Shown in pieces: positions 46,121 through 55,369 of a stretch of DNA of 64,000 nucleotides. Every line of letters begins with the position of its first letter. The first letter of the stretch is position 1. Below the pieces are notes generated by a model. The model was given only the letters and a program-made list of their open reading frames with translations, made no database searches and had not been told where the DNA came from. A program made the translations under genes and the position numbers. Source of the DNA: an uncultured bacterium. Its GTDB lineage: Bacteria; Verrucomicrobiota; Kiritimatiellia; RFP12; CAIWXQ01. The DNA is taken from contig CAIWXQ010000044.1 of NCBI GenBank assembly GCA_903916675.1, positions 1,165-65,164 on the forward strand, in the 5' to 3' direction.

Positions 46121-46259
46121 ACGCGGAGACTCCTCGAAAAGAATGGCACTATAGATCATTCCGCACGGGCCGCCAAGAGCGTTCGCGCGGAAATCGCTTG
46201 GAATGCCAGCCCTTTTGGGATTATAGTAACGGCTTTCCAAACCGACAGAAGGAGCAAGT

Positions 46260-47360
46260 ATGGCCAAGATCAATTTTGGCGGCACGGTCGAGACGGTCGT
46301 CACCCGCAAGGAGTTCTCCCTCAAGAGGGCGCAGAGAGCCCTGAAGAAGGAAGTCGTGGCCATTATCGGCTACGGCGTGCAGGGGCCGGCCCAGGCGCTG
46401 AACATGAAGGACAACGGGATCAAGGTCATCATCGGCCAGTCCAAGGCGTTCCCGAAGGACTGGGCGCGCGCCGTCAAGGATGGCTGGGTCCCGGGCAAGA
46501 CGCTGTTCGAGATCGAGGAGGCCGTGGAGCGCGGCACGATCATCCAGATGCTGGTGGCCGACGCAGCCATGAAGGTGGTCTGGAAAATCGTCAAGCCCCG
46601 CCTCACCGCCGGCAAGGCGCTTTACTTCTCGCACGGCTTCGGCTACGTCTACAACCAGCTCACGGGTGTGAAGCCACCGGCCGACGTGGATGTGATCCTG
46701 GTCGCCCCCAAGGGCTCCGGCACCTCCGTGCGCCGCAACTTCCTTTCCGGTGTCGGCATCAACTCCAGCTTCGCCGTGGCGCAGAACGCCACCGGCTGCG
46801 CCTTGGAGCGCGTGCTGGCTGTCGGCATCGGCATCGGTTCGGGCTACCTCTTCCCGACCACGTTCGAGCATGAGGTCACCAGCGACCTTGTGGGCGAGCG
46901 CGGCGTGCTCATGGGCGCGCTGGCCGGCATCATGGAGGCCCAGTACGATGTGCTGCGCGCCAACGGCCACTCACCGAGCGAGGCCTTCAACGAGACCGTC
47001 GAAGAGCTGACCCAGAGCCTGATCCGCCTCGTGGACGAGAACGGCATGGACTGGATGTACTGCAACTGCTCCGCCACCGCTCAGCGCGGCGCGCTGGACT
47101 GGAAGCCGAAGTTCAAAAAGGCCACGCTGCCGGTTTTCAAGGCCCTCTACCAGGCCGTGAAGAGCCAGAAGGAAGCCCGCCGCGTGATGAAGTCCTGCGG
47201 CCGGCCGGACTACAAGAAGCAGCTCGACAAGGAACTGGCCCAGATCCACGAATCCGAAATGTGGCGCGCTGGCACCGCGGTGCGCACGCTTCGTCCGCAC
47301 GAAAAGGCCCGCATGAATGCCGCAACTGCGACCGGCGTCAAGGGGCGCAAGGGCAACTAG
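46260..47360 (+). CDS. ilvC: Ketol-acid reductoisomerase
   Basis: AGGAG upstream of the ATG. Rossmann motif [19 protein letters not shown], with collinear class I KARI sequence and a C-terminal extension. Confidence 0.92.
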   Translation: MAKINFGGTVETVVTRKEFSLKRAQRALKKEVVAIIGYGVQGPAQALNMKDNGIKVIIGQSKAFPKDWARAVKDGWVPGKTLFEIEEAVERGTIIQMLVADAAMKVVWKIVKPRLTAGKALYFSHGFGYVYNQLTGVKPPADVDVILVAPKGSGTSVRRNFLSGVGINSSFAVAQNATGCALERVLAVGIGIGSGYLFPTTFEHEVTSDLVGERGVLMGALAGIMEAQYDVLRANGHSPSEAFNETVEELTQSLIRLVDENGMDWMYCNCSATAQRGALDWKPKFKKATLPVFKALYQAVKSQKEARRVMKSCGRPDYKKQLDKELAQIHESEMWRAGTAVRTLRPHEKARMNAATATGVKGRKGN

Positions 47361-47363
47361 AAG

Positions 47364-47458
47364 CCGAACCGCAGAATATCGAACACCGAACCGCAGAATC
47401 ATGAAGGATTGAGGAGCGGATGCCGTTAGCCTCACCTCACGATTCTGCGGTTTTGTTT
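47364..47458 (+). repeat. GAA-phased heptad hairpin element (family copy; terminator-like after ilvC)
   Basis: GAACCGCAGAAT occurs twice (47366-47377, 47388-47399). The arm ACCGCAGAATATCGAACACCGAACCGCAGAATCATGAAGG pairs partly with CCTCACCTCACGATTCTGCGGTT, followed by TTTTGTTTCC. Confidence 0.75.
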
Positions 47459-47503
47459 CCATCAGTCAGGGCGGGACCGCCGGAATCGACGCAAGAACAC
47501 ATC

Positions 47504-47905
47504 ATGATCCTCGGATTGGCACATGTCTGCTTCACCGTTTCCAGCTTGGATCGCGCCATAGAATTTTACAGCGGCAAGCTGGGATTTAAGATCGCCTTCG
47601 AGTTCCGGCACGACACCGGTGTGCGCTTCGGCGTCTACCTGAAGGCCGGGGCACGCTCGTTCATCGAGATCTTTGAGGGCCATCTCGCCCCGTGCGCCGA
47701 GAAACAGAGTTACGGGCACATCTGCCTGGAAGTGGATGACATTGGCGCCACCGTGGCCGACCTGCGCGCCAAGGGGATCGACTGCACCGACCCCAAGGTC
47801 GGCAAGGATCAGTCCTGGCAGGTATGGCTTGCCGATCCGGACGGCAACCGCATCGAGCTCCATTGCTACACGCCGGCAAGCTGGCAGTCGCCGTATCTGG
47901 AGTAG
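47504..47905 (+). CDS. VOC-family protein (glyoxalase I / dioxygenase fold)
   Basis: An internal ATG gives MILGLAHVCFTVSSLDRAIEFYSGKLGF...YGHICLEVDD...DPDGNRIEL, with typical paired beta-alpha-beta-beta-beta modules. Confidence 0.8.
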   Translation: MILGLAHVCFTVSSLDRAIEFYSGKLGFKIAFEFRHDTGVRFGVYLKAGARSFIEIFEGHLAPCAEKQSYGHICLEVDDIGATVADLRAKGIDCTDPKVGKDQSWQVWLADPDGNRIELHCYTPASWQSPYLE

Positions 47906-47931
47906 CAAGGACGCGCCGGCGCCCAACCCGC

Positions 47932-50900
47932 TTACGCCACAGAAATTTCCACCCGGTTTTTGCCGGCATTCATTTCTGCGGCGAACGCGGCCCCTTCGAT
48001 CCGCATGCCGCCTTCGCGATAGGGGTTGTTTTCGCGCCGGTCGAGCGGCAGGTCCTTCCCGTTTACGCACACCCGCCGCACGCCAAACCCGCGCGAGCCC
48101 ACCTGGTATTGAAACTCGATCCGTCGCCCGTCGCGTTCAACTTCCACCACCAGCCCGTCCAGCGTGCGCGGCAGCACGGGGTCGATCACCACATCGCCGA
48201 AGGAATCGCGCAATCCCAGCATCCCGCAGACCACGCGGTGGATGTAGAGCCCCGGGCCGCTGGAGTAGATGCGCCATCCTCCCGCGACCTCCACCTTGCC
48301 GCGGCGCAGATCGTCAAACCGCGCCGCCGCCTCGTAGCGATCCGCAAATGCGCCATCCGAGCTGGAGAAAAACGCATTGGCCTGACGCGCCACCGCATTC
48401 CGCACGCGTTCATGCAACTGCACCGGCGTCACCCGCCCCAGCATCTCCCACAGCTCCTCCGCGAGCCCCAATCTGGCTAGCGCCTCGACGTAGCGTAGAT
48501 GGGCATGCGTGTACATCAGGCCGATCTCGCGCCCGAAGTTCGCCGCCGTTTCCGCCCGCTGGAACCAGCGTGTCACACCACCGCGATACGGCACCGGATC
48601 GCTCATCAGCCGCACACCATCTTGGAAAAGCAGATGCTCGTGGATTAGCGACATGTGCCGTCGGGCCTGCTCCGGCGTCAGCAAACCTGCCAGCATGGCG
48701 CGTGTCATGGGGAGCAGCCGGTAGCGGATGCCGGTCTGGGAGTCGCGCGGGTGTAGCAGCGGCTGCGGCTGCTTTCCGCCAAATACAAGAAATCCCGCCA
48801 GTACACCGTCCGGCAGCAGCAACCGCTGGAAGTCAACCCTCATCGCCGCCAGCAGCGGAGCCAGCCGTTCAGCCGCCTCCCGTCGATCCGCGCGTCGGCA
48901 GATTTCGTTCAATTGCGCAAAGACCTGAAAGGCCAGTGCCACGGTCCAGGAGCTGACCATGTTAGCGCGCAGGGCTGGATCAGCCGGCTGCAAGGTATCG
49001 TCCCAATCCCCCTCGCCGTAGGTCACCAGTGCCGTGCCCGGGATACGCCGGGACTCCCACACGTCCATCGCGCGTAGCGCATGCACCAGCAGGCTTTCGC
49101 GCCGGGCGCTGGCGCCAAAGGTCGCAACATCCGTGTAGACAACCGGCTCGTCCAGCACGGCAAAATCGCCGGTGGCTTCCACGTAGTCGCACAGCGCCTT
49201 GACCGGCCAGAACGGCACGTCGCCGTGCGCCTGCACACTCTGGATATCCTGGAACGGCGGGAGCATGAACCATTGCGGCCAGCATCCGGTCCCTTCGTAC
49301 TGCTGTGCAAAAAGCTGCAACAGCAGGCGCCGCACCGGAGCGAACTGCCGTGTGGCGATCAGCCACTCCAGCGGCCCCTGCGAGACGTCGCGCACACCCC
49401 ACGCCGCGCCGCCGTACTGCTCCAGTCCGCGCGGCGCCGTGACGTGCGTCCAGGCGTTGTGTGCAAACCATGGCAAGATCTCGTCCACGTGCGCCGCAGC
49501 AGGATGCCGCAGCCGCGGCAGACCCGCACAGCAGCCACGGCTGCCCTGCCCTCCGGCTCCCGGACGCAAACGGGCGACCGCCTCGATCACCACCGCAAAC
49601 TCCCGCACCGGCCGGCTGCGAAGGACGGCAAATGGTGCCTGGTGTGTCACGCCGTCTGCGAACAGCAGTTCGTCGCCGCCGCAGGCTGCCACGTCAGCCG
49701 GAACAGTGGCTTGTATGGCAAACTGCAATTCGGGCAGCTTCCGGCCCAGAAAAGTGTCCGGATCGGGCGCGCAGACAAGCCGCGCAGCGGCTGAATCCAG
49801 TGCCAGCTCAATGCCCTGATCCATTTCTCGTTCGCCCATAACCAGCAGGTGCGACAACAGGAATGCACACGGCGCGCCGTCCGTCACCCGCAACGTCAGC
49901 GTCGCGCGGGGAGCGTCTGGATCCATGCGGCTGATTGCCTCGATGCACGTCTCCCCCAAGCGATAGATCCAGCGCGCCTCATCCAAGCCAATCGAGAAAG
50001 CCGAGGGGATTCCCAGACGCCGCCACCCTCCCCTGTGTTGCACAAACACCCGCTGCCCGCTGGCTGTCATCGCATCCAGCGAGTTGCGCACCACACTCAA
50101 AGCCCGCGCCAGGTTCGTGTTGCCAAGATAGACCTGGGCATTGTAGATGCCTGCAGCGTAGACCGTGCTACCCAGCGTGTCGCCATCGAGCCAGAGCGAA
50201 CACCCGCTGCGCAGCAGATGTCCGTGCGGCCGTTCAGCAGCAGCTTCCTTGCGGCGCGTCACCACATGCCGCGCCGCGCCAAAAAAGAACGACAGCACCT
50301 GCCCCGCCCCGTCGCGCTCGACCTGCCGCCATTCGCCAGGGAACCACTCGCGCAATTCGGCTTCGGTACATTCGTCGCCGGCAATCGGCAACGCCTGAAA
50401 AATGGAACTCGGTCGCTTGGCAACCGGTGATTCACCTGAAACAGCCGATTGGCCGAAGGTTTGCACCTTGGCCAACAGTTCTTCGACCAGTTCCAGGTCG
50501 CCCTCTCCTGAAGCAACCGCATGATCCGGCTGGTATACCGCAAAAAATGTCGTCTTCCATTCTCCACCCGGCAACAGCGTGACCGGCGCGGTCTGCAGCG
50601 CCGCATAGGCAAACTCGTATTGCCGCCGGCCGGCAAGACGCTCCTGTTGCCAGGCGTCAGGGATCCCGGTCAGCCGGTGACCCAGTCCAAAAAATTGATA
50701 GCCATCGGTGGCGAAGAAGCGCGCACCGGTCAGACATCCATGGGCAATCCATGGATGCGCCTGGTGTGCCTGCGGCAGGTTCTGGCGCGAACACAGGATC
50801 GTCCCCCAGCGCGCATGCGCCAGGGGAGAATGGTCGATGTACTGCGAAATGAACGCCTCGTTGCCGCGCACACTTGCCTCGTCCGCCAGACCCAGGTCCT

Positions 50901-51306
50901 GCCCGTGCAGCAGGTCGAACACGCGTGCCTGCCCGGTAACATTGCGGATGCGCACCTGCCACTGCCAGAGCGGCAGATCCGGCTGCAGATCCAGGGTTAC
51001 GGCGTATTCCCAGCCAGCGCGTGCGCCGGACCACCTAACCCGCCAATCGTCCACGCGCTGAAAGGCAGCAGAAGCGTCCGCCAGGTCCACAATCACGAAT
51101 CCGTCTGGACCGCGTTCGCGCAGCACCAAACGCCGCAGTCCGCGTTCCACCGGTGTGGGAAGCACCTGGTTGATGAGCGTCGGACCATGCCGGATCGCAA
51201 AAAGTTCACCCTGCGGCAGCACCTGCAAGCACAGCCCGGCCGCATTGGCCAGTTCGATCAGGCCGTAGGCGGCTGCGGAAGGAATCTGGCGGACTGCCGG
51301 AGGCAT
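47932..51306 (-). CDS. Large GH94-like glycoside phosphorylase-type protein (about 1124 aa)
   Basis: (alpha/alpha)6-type catalytic region with YGEGDWDDTLQPA, matching the GDWND catalytic-Asp context of GH94 phosphorylases. Conserved ...GWRIYSSGPGLYI... and a C-terminal beta-sandwich. Start set at ATG 51306, 8 nt after the rnr stop. Confidence 0.65.
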   Translation of the reverse strand: MPPAVRQIPSAAAYGLIELANAAGLCLQVLPQGELFAIRHGPTLINQVLPTPVERGLRRLVLRERGPDGFVIVDLADASAAFQRVDDWRVRWSGARAGWEYAVTLDLQPDLPLWQWQVRIRNVTGQARVFDLLHGQDLGLADEASVRGNEAFISQYIDHSPLAHARWGTILCSRQNLPQAHQAHPWIAHGCLTGARFFATDGYQFFGLGHRLTGIPDAWQQERLAGRRQYEFAYAALQTAPVTLLPGGEWKTTFFAVYQPDHAVASGEGDLELVEELLAKVQTFGQSAVSGESPVAKRPSSIFQALPIAGDECTEAELREWFPGEWRQVERDGAGQVLSFFFGAARHVVTRRKEAAAERPHGHLLRSGCSLWLDGDTLGSTVYAAGIYNAQVYLGNTNLARALSVVRNSLDAMTASGQRVFVQHRGGWRRLGIPSAFSIGLDEARWIYRLGETCIEAISRMDPDAPRATLTLRVTDGAPCAFLLSHLLVMGEREMDQGIELALDSAAARLVCAPDPDTFLGRKLPELQFAIQATVPADVAACGGDELLFADGVTHQAPFAVLRSRPVREFAVVIEAVARLRPGAGGQGSRGCCAGLPRLRHPAAAHVDEILPWFAHNAWTHVTAPRGLEQYGGAAWGVRDVSQGPLEWLIATRQFAPVRRLLLQLFAQQYEGTGCWPQWFMLPPFQDIQSVQAHGDVPFWPVKALCDYVEATGDFAVLDEPVVYTDVATFGASARRESLLVHALRAMDVWESRRIPGTALVTYGEGDWDDTLQPADPALRANMVSSWTVALAFQVFAQLNEICRRADRREAAERLAPLLAAMRVDFQRLLLPDGVLAGFLVFGGKQPQPLLHPRDSQTGIRYRLLPMTRAMLAGLLTPEQARRHMSLIHEHLLFQDGVRLMSDPVPYRGGVTRWFQRAETAANFGREIGLMYTHAHLRYVEALARLGLAEELWEMLGRVTPVQLHERVRNAVARQANAFFSSSDGAFADRYEAAARFDDLRRGKVEVAGGWRIYSSGPGLYIHRVVCGMLGLRDSFGDVVIDPVLPRTLDGLVVEVERDGRRIEFQYQVGSRGFGVRRVCVNGKDLPLDRRENNPYREGGMRIEGAAFAAEMNAGKNRVEISVA

Positions 51307-51313
51307 GGGGTAC

Positions 51314-53620
51314 TCATCGGGAATTTTTCCGCCCCTGCGGGCGGCCACGGCCGGACTTGTCCTGACGCTGGGGACGGCCGCCGTGCTGGCGAACCTGGGA
51401 AGGCCGGCCGCCTGATTTCCGCGGCACCCGTGGCACTCCGGCGGAAGAGGGGCGCTCCGTGCGCGGCCCGTAGGAGTAGCGATCGGCCAGGCGGTTCGGC
51501 TGCTGCACAACACTCCCGCGCACCACAGAGAAATCGGCGCGGCGCTGGTTGAAATCCACGCGGGCCACCTGCACCTGAAGGCGGGCACCCACGCGGAAGG
51601 TCTCGTTCCCTACGCTGAGGGTGTCGGCCGCGCTGTTGTGCCGCACGAAGTCAGACGAAATCGCGGAGATGTGCACCAGCCCCGTGACCTGCACGCCTTG
51701 CACATCCACAAACATCCCGTAGTTGGCGACCTTGCTCACGACCGCGTCGTACACCAGGGGCTTGCGGTCGTCGAGCTGCTGCTGCAGGAAGCGAAACTTC
51801 TTGATCTCGATCAGGGCGCGCGACGCCTCGTCCGCCACCTGCTCGCGCTCGGTGCAGTGTGCCGCGGTGCGCTTGAGGTAGTCAGCTGCCAGCGTGGCCC
51901 CGCCTTTCCCCCCGGCTAACAGCCCGGCAAGCTGGCGGTGCAGTACAAGGTCCGGATAGCGCCGGATCGGTGAGGTAAAATGCGCGTAGTGCCGCTTGGC
52001 CAGGCCGAAATGACCGGAGGCCTCCGCCGAGTAGACTGCGCGCTTCATGCTCCGCAGGATCATGGTGTGGATATGCGCGGACAGCGGATGCTCGGCTGTC
52101 TGCACAAGAAACTGCGACATGCGCTGCGGATCGTTGAGATTGCCTGCCTTGACTCCGAGTGTGGCAAGCGTGGCGCGCAACTCCTCGAGTTTGTCTTCAT
52201 CCGGCGCCTCGTGCAGACGGGCGAGGATGCGGATGCCGCGGGATTCCAGCTCTGTCGCCACAGCCTCGTTGGCGGCAACCATACACTCCTCGATCAATTG
52301 GTGCGATTCGTCGTGCGGCACGGTGCGGATGCCGGTCATCCGGCCGTCCGGCCCGATCAGTACCTCGCACTCCGGCACCTCCAGATCGAGCGCCGCCTCG
52401 GCGAAGCGCTGCCGCCGCAACTGCCGCGCGAGCTCGCGCACCTGACCCAGCAGGGCTTTGGTCGGCTCCGGCACCGCGGTCAGCCCCTCGGGCGGGCGAT
52501 CCAGCATGATGGCCATGGCCTGCTCGTAGGTCAGGCGCTGGCGCGAGTGGATGATCGTGCGGGCGAAACGGCGCGTGATCATGCGTCCCTGCTCGTCGAA
52601 CGTCAGAAAAGCCGAAAAGGTCAGGCGGTCCACGTCCGGCCGCAGGCTGCATTCGCCGTTGGAGAGCTGCTCCGGCAGCATGGGGATCACCTTGTCCACC
52701 AGGTAGACGCTCGTGCCGCGCGTCAGAGCCTCCCGGTCGAGTGCGCCGCCGGGTCGCACAAAGTGGCTGACATCCGCAATGTGCACACCGAGCACGCGCC
52801 GTCCTTGCGCGTCACGCGTCAGCGAGATGGCATCGTCAAAATCCCGCGCCTTAATTGGATCGATCGTGACGATGTACATGTCGCGCAGATTTTCGCGCGC
52901 CCCGGGTTCCTCAGCCCGTGCGGCGACCTGCTCGGCTTCTTGCAGAACTTCCGGCGGGAATTCGGTGGAAAGATCGAATTGCCGCATGACCACCTCGGTG
53001 TCCAGCGAGGGCTGGTCCGCGGGGCCGATCACGTCCACGATCTCGCCTTCCGGCGCCACATGCCGGTTCTTCCAGCCGGTCAGGCGCAGCACCACGCGGT
53101 CGCCTTCTTTCGCGCCCCCGGCGTCCGGCACATAGAAATCGAGGCGATAGACCGGGTTCAGCGGCACCACGCAGAGGAACTTGCCGGTGGTGGAGAGCGT
53201 GCCGACAATGTCACGCGACGAGCGACTGATGATGCGGATCACCTTGCCACGCGGCTCCTGGGTGGGCGAGGCCGGATCGAGCCGCACCGTGACCGTGTCG
53301 TCCGGCAGCGCGGTGCCGAGGTCGTCGGAGCCAATCCAGACCGTGATACCGCCGGCGGGATCGAAGACCAGTCCGGCGCCGGAACGGATCATGCGCAGCC
53401 GGCCGGTGACCAGGTCGGCGGCCTTGCCGAGGCTGAAGCAGCCGGGGCGCAGTTCGACAATTCGTCCGTCCAGCACCATTTGGCGCAACACGCCCTGCAG
53501 CTTCTTGACCTGCTGGCCGTGAAACTCCAGCGCTGCGCAGATCTCCCGGGGTTGCCAGGTCTTTTCCGGCTCGCGGGCGAACAACACGTCAATCGAGGCG
53601 ATCTCTTTTTCAGTATTCAT
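51314..53620 (-). CDS. rnr: Ribonuclease R
   Basis: N-terminal winged-helix/cold-shock region, an RNB catalytic domain (DPIKARDFDDAIS..., ...HFGLAKRHYAHFTSPIRRYPDLVLHRQL), an S1 domain (MFVDVQGVQVTGLVHIS), and a basic Arg/Gly tail. Confidence 0.92.
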   Translation of the reverse strand: MNTEKEIASIDVLFAREPEKTWQPREICAALEFHGQQVKKLQGVLRQMVLDGRIVELRPGCFSLGKAADLVTGRLRMIRSGAGLVFDPAGGITVWIGSDDLGTALPDDTVTVRLDPASPTQEPRGKVIRIISRSSRDIVGTLSTTGKFLCVVPLNPVYRLDFYVPDAGGAKEGDRVVLRLTGWKNRHVAPEGEIVDVIGPADQPSLDTEVVMRQFDLSTEFPPEVLQEAEQVAARAEEPGARENLRDMYIVTIDPIKARDFDDAISLTRDAQGRRVLGVHIADVSHFVRPGGALDREALTRGTSVYLVDKVIPMLPEQLSNGECSLRPDVDRLTFSAFLTFDEQGRMITRRFARTIIHSRQRLTYEQAMAIMLDRPPEGLTAVPEPTKALLGQVRELARQLRRQRFAEAALDLEVPECEVLIGPDGRMTGIRTVPHDESHQLIEECMVAANEAVATELESRGIRILARLHEAPDEDKLEELRATLATLGVKAGNLNDPQRMSQFLVQTAEHPLSAHIHTMILRSMKRAVYSAEASGHFGLAKRHYAHFTSPIRRYPDLVLHRQLAGLLAGGKGGATLAADYLKRTAAHCTEREQVADEASRALIEIKKFRFLQQQLDDRKPLVYDAVVSKVANYGMFVDVQGVQVTGLVHISAISSDFVRHNSAADTLSVGNETFRVGARLQVQVARVDFNQRRADFSVVRGSVVQQPNRLADRYSYGPRTERPSSAGVPRVPRKSGGRPSQVRQHGGRPQRQDKSGRGRPQGRKNSR

Positions 53621-53634
53621 GGGAAACTTCAACA

Positions 53635-54012
53635 TCAGGATGGAGTGACCAGCGGCGACGTCCGGGATTCTGCGTTCTTCCATCCCCGGCACATGTTCGC
53701 AAGTCTGGCGGAGCGCCACAAGTATGGAAAAGCCCGGCATTGGCGGGGCTTGGCGTCCTGGATGCGACAGGTATTGTCCGGCAGGAGGAAAACGCAGGCG
53801 CCGTCCGGCTGTTCCGCCAGAGACAGCGCCCGGCGGTCCGTGGCCAGGCGCGTGTAATCTTCCGTGAAGCGCGGCACATCAAGTCCCAGCAACGCAGCCA
53901 GGGCCTCGATCTCGCCGTCAAACAGCACTACGTCGCCCGGCCCCCGGCAGCAGTTGCCGCAGCGCTGGCAGGAAAAACCGGGCGGCACCTCGCCAATCGG
54001 GTCGTTCCACAT
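53635..54012 (-). CDS. YkgJ-family cysteine-cluster protein (UPF0153)
   Basis: CQRCGNCC near the N-terminus and CVFL...C...C later, typical of the CxxCxxCC family. Confidence 0.75.
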   Translation of the reverse strand: MWNDPIGEVPPGFSCQRCGNCCRGPGDVVLFDGEIEALAALLGLDVPRFTEDYTRLATDRRALSLAEQPDGACVFLLPDNTCRIQDAKPRQCRAFPYLWRSARLANMCRGWKNAESRTSPLVTPS

Positions 54013-54016
54013 CGTG

Positions 54017-55264
54017 TCACGCCTTCAAAGCCGCCGGTTGCGATGCGCTCACGTCCCGGCCGTGAAGGGCAAACCAGACCGTGCCGATGACGCCGAAGCA
54101 AAAGGCAGTCAGGAGATTGACTTCCGGTGACACCCGCCACAGCAACGCGCCGCCAAAGGCGGCAAAGGCCACGATCACGTCGCGAACCAGGTAGTAGAGG
54201 CCGAACATGGCGGCTTTCTTCCCCTCCGGCGCAAGGTCCATGATCAGCGCCTTGCGGGTCGGCTCGCCGAACTCCTTGAGCCCGCGCAGCACGAAAACCG
54301 GCACCAGCGTCCAAATCGACTGCGAGTGGAGCAGCGCCAGCGGGAAGAGCGTAAAGAAAGCGAACGTGACCAGCACGAACGGCTTTTTGCCGAAGCGGTC
54401 GGCCATGTAGGCCACGGGAACATAGACGAGCACGGCGGTGATGTTCTCGACGGCCGACAGCCAGCCAAAGGTCAATTCCGAAACGTGATGGGCAATGGTG
54501 CGCGTCACCCAGACCACAACAAAGGCATCCGGAATGCGTTCGCAGAACCGGATCAGAATGTCCGACAGCAGCAGGTTGCGCAGGCTGCCCGGCATTTCCG
54601 CCCAGAGGCGCAGCGGGTTGGGCTCGGCATTCTTCGCCTGGCGGGAGTCGTCCTCGATCAGTACCTGCTGCACGACCGCCGCCACGAGCGCCAGCCCGAG
54701 CGCCGCAAGGAAGGCCGCGCGCACGCCGTTCCGGACCCCCCAGATGGTGATGCAGGTGCCGCCCAGCACCGGGCCCAGCATCTTAGGAACGCGTCGCACC
54801 AGCGCCAGCACGGAGACGCCCATGGCGCGCTTCTGCTTCGGCACCGCCTTGGCCACAAGGTCCATGGTGGCCGGCAGCGAGATCGCGGACCAGGAGATAA
54901 AGAACGCCGCGCCCAGGAGCACGGCCCACCAGGCAGGGATGAAAATCACGATCAGAAACCCCACCATCGAAAGCGCGTTAAAAATCAACAGCGCGCGCTT
55001 GGTTCCGAGGCGATCGCTCAGGTAGCCGCCCGGGAAGGAGTAGAGCGCAGAAAGGAGATCGTCCATGCCGGCCAGCAAGCCGATGGCCATGATCCCCATG
55101 GTGGCATTGTGCGTGAGCTCCTGCAGGTAGAGCGGCAGGAAACGCTCGGCCATGTGCTCGCCCATGCCGACCAAGATGACCATGGTCAGCATGCCGGTCA
55201 TGCTGCGGCGCAGGCCGAAGAATTCCTTCATGCGGCAGCGGAATGGAACTTGGGTGCTTGTCAT
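54017..55264 (-). CDS. MFS transporter
   Basis: About 12 hydrophobic segments and MFS motif A context GGYLSDRLGTKRAL. Start set at MTSTQVPF. Confidence 0.8.
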   Translation of the reverse strand: MTSTQVPFRCRMKEFFGLRRSMTGMLTMVILVGMGEHMAERFLPLYLQELTHNATMGIMAIGLLAGMDDLLSALYSFPGGYLSDRLGTKRALLIFNALSMVGFLIVIFIPAWWAVLLGAAFFISWSAISLPATMDLVAKAVPKQKRAMGVSVLALVRRVPKMLGPVLGGTCITIWGVRNGVRAAFLAALGLALVAAVVQQVLIEDDSRQAKNAEPNPLRLWAEMPGSLRNLLLSDILIRFCERIPDAFVVVWVTRTIAHHVSELTFGWLSAVENITAVLVYVPVAYMADRFGKKPFVLVTFAFFTLFPLALLHSQSIWTLVPVFVLRGLKEFGEPTRKALIMDLAPEGKKAAMFGLYYLVRDVIVAFAAFGGALLWRVSPEVNLLTAFCFGVIGTVWFALHGRDVSASQPAALKA

Positions 55265-55369
55265 ACGCGTTTCGATTGTCTTGTAGTTGATTTCCCAGGC
55301 GTCAGGTGCCACGCGCCAACGCCCACCGTTTGCGGCTTTGGTTGTTGCATGAAGAATGGCGCCTGTCCA

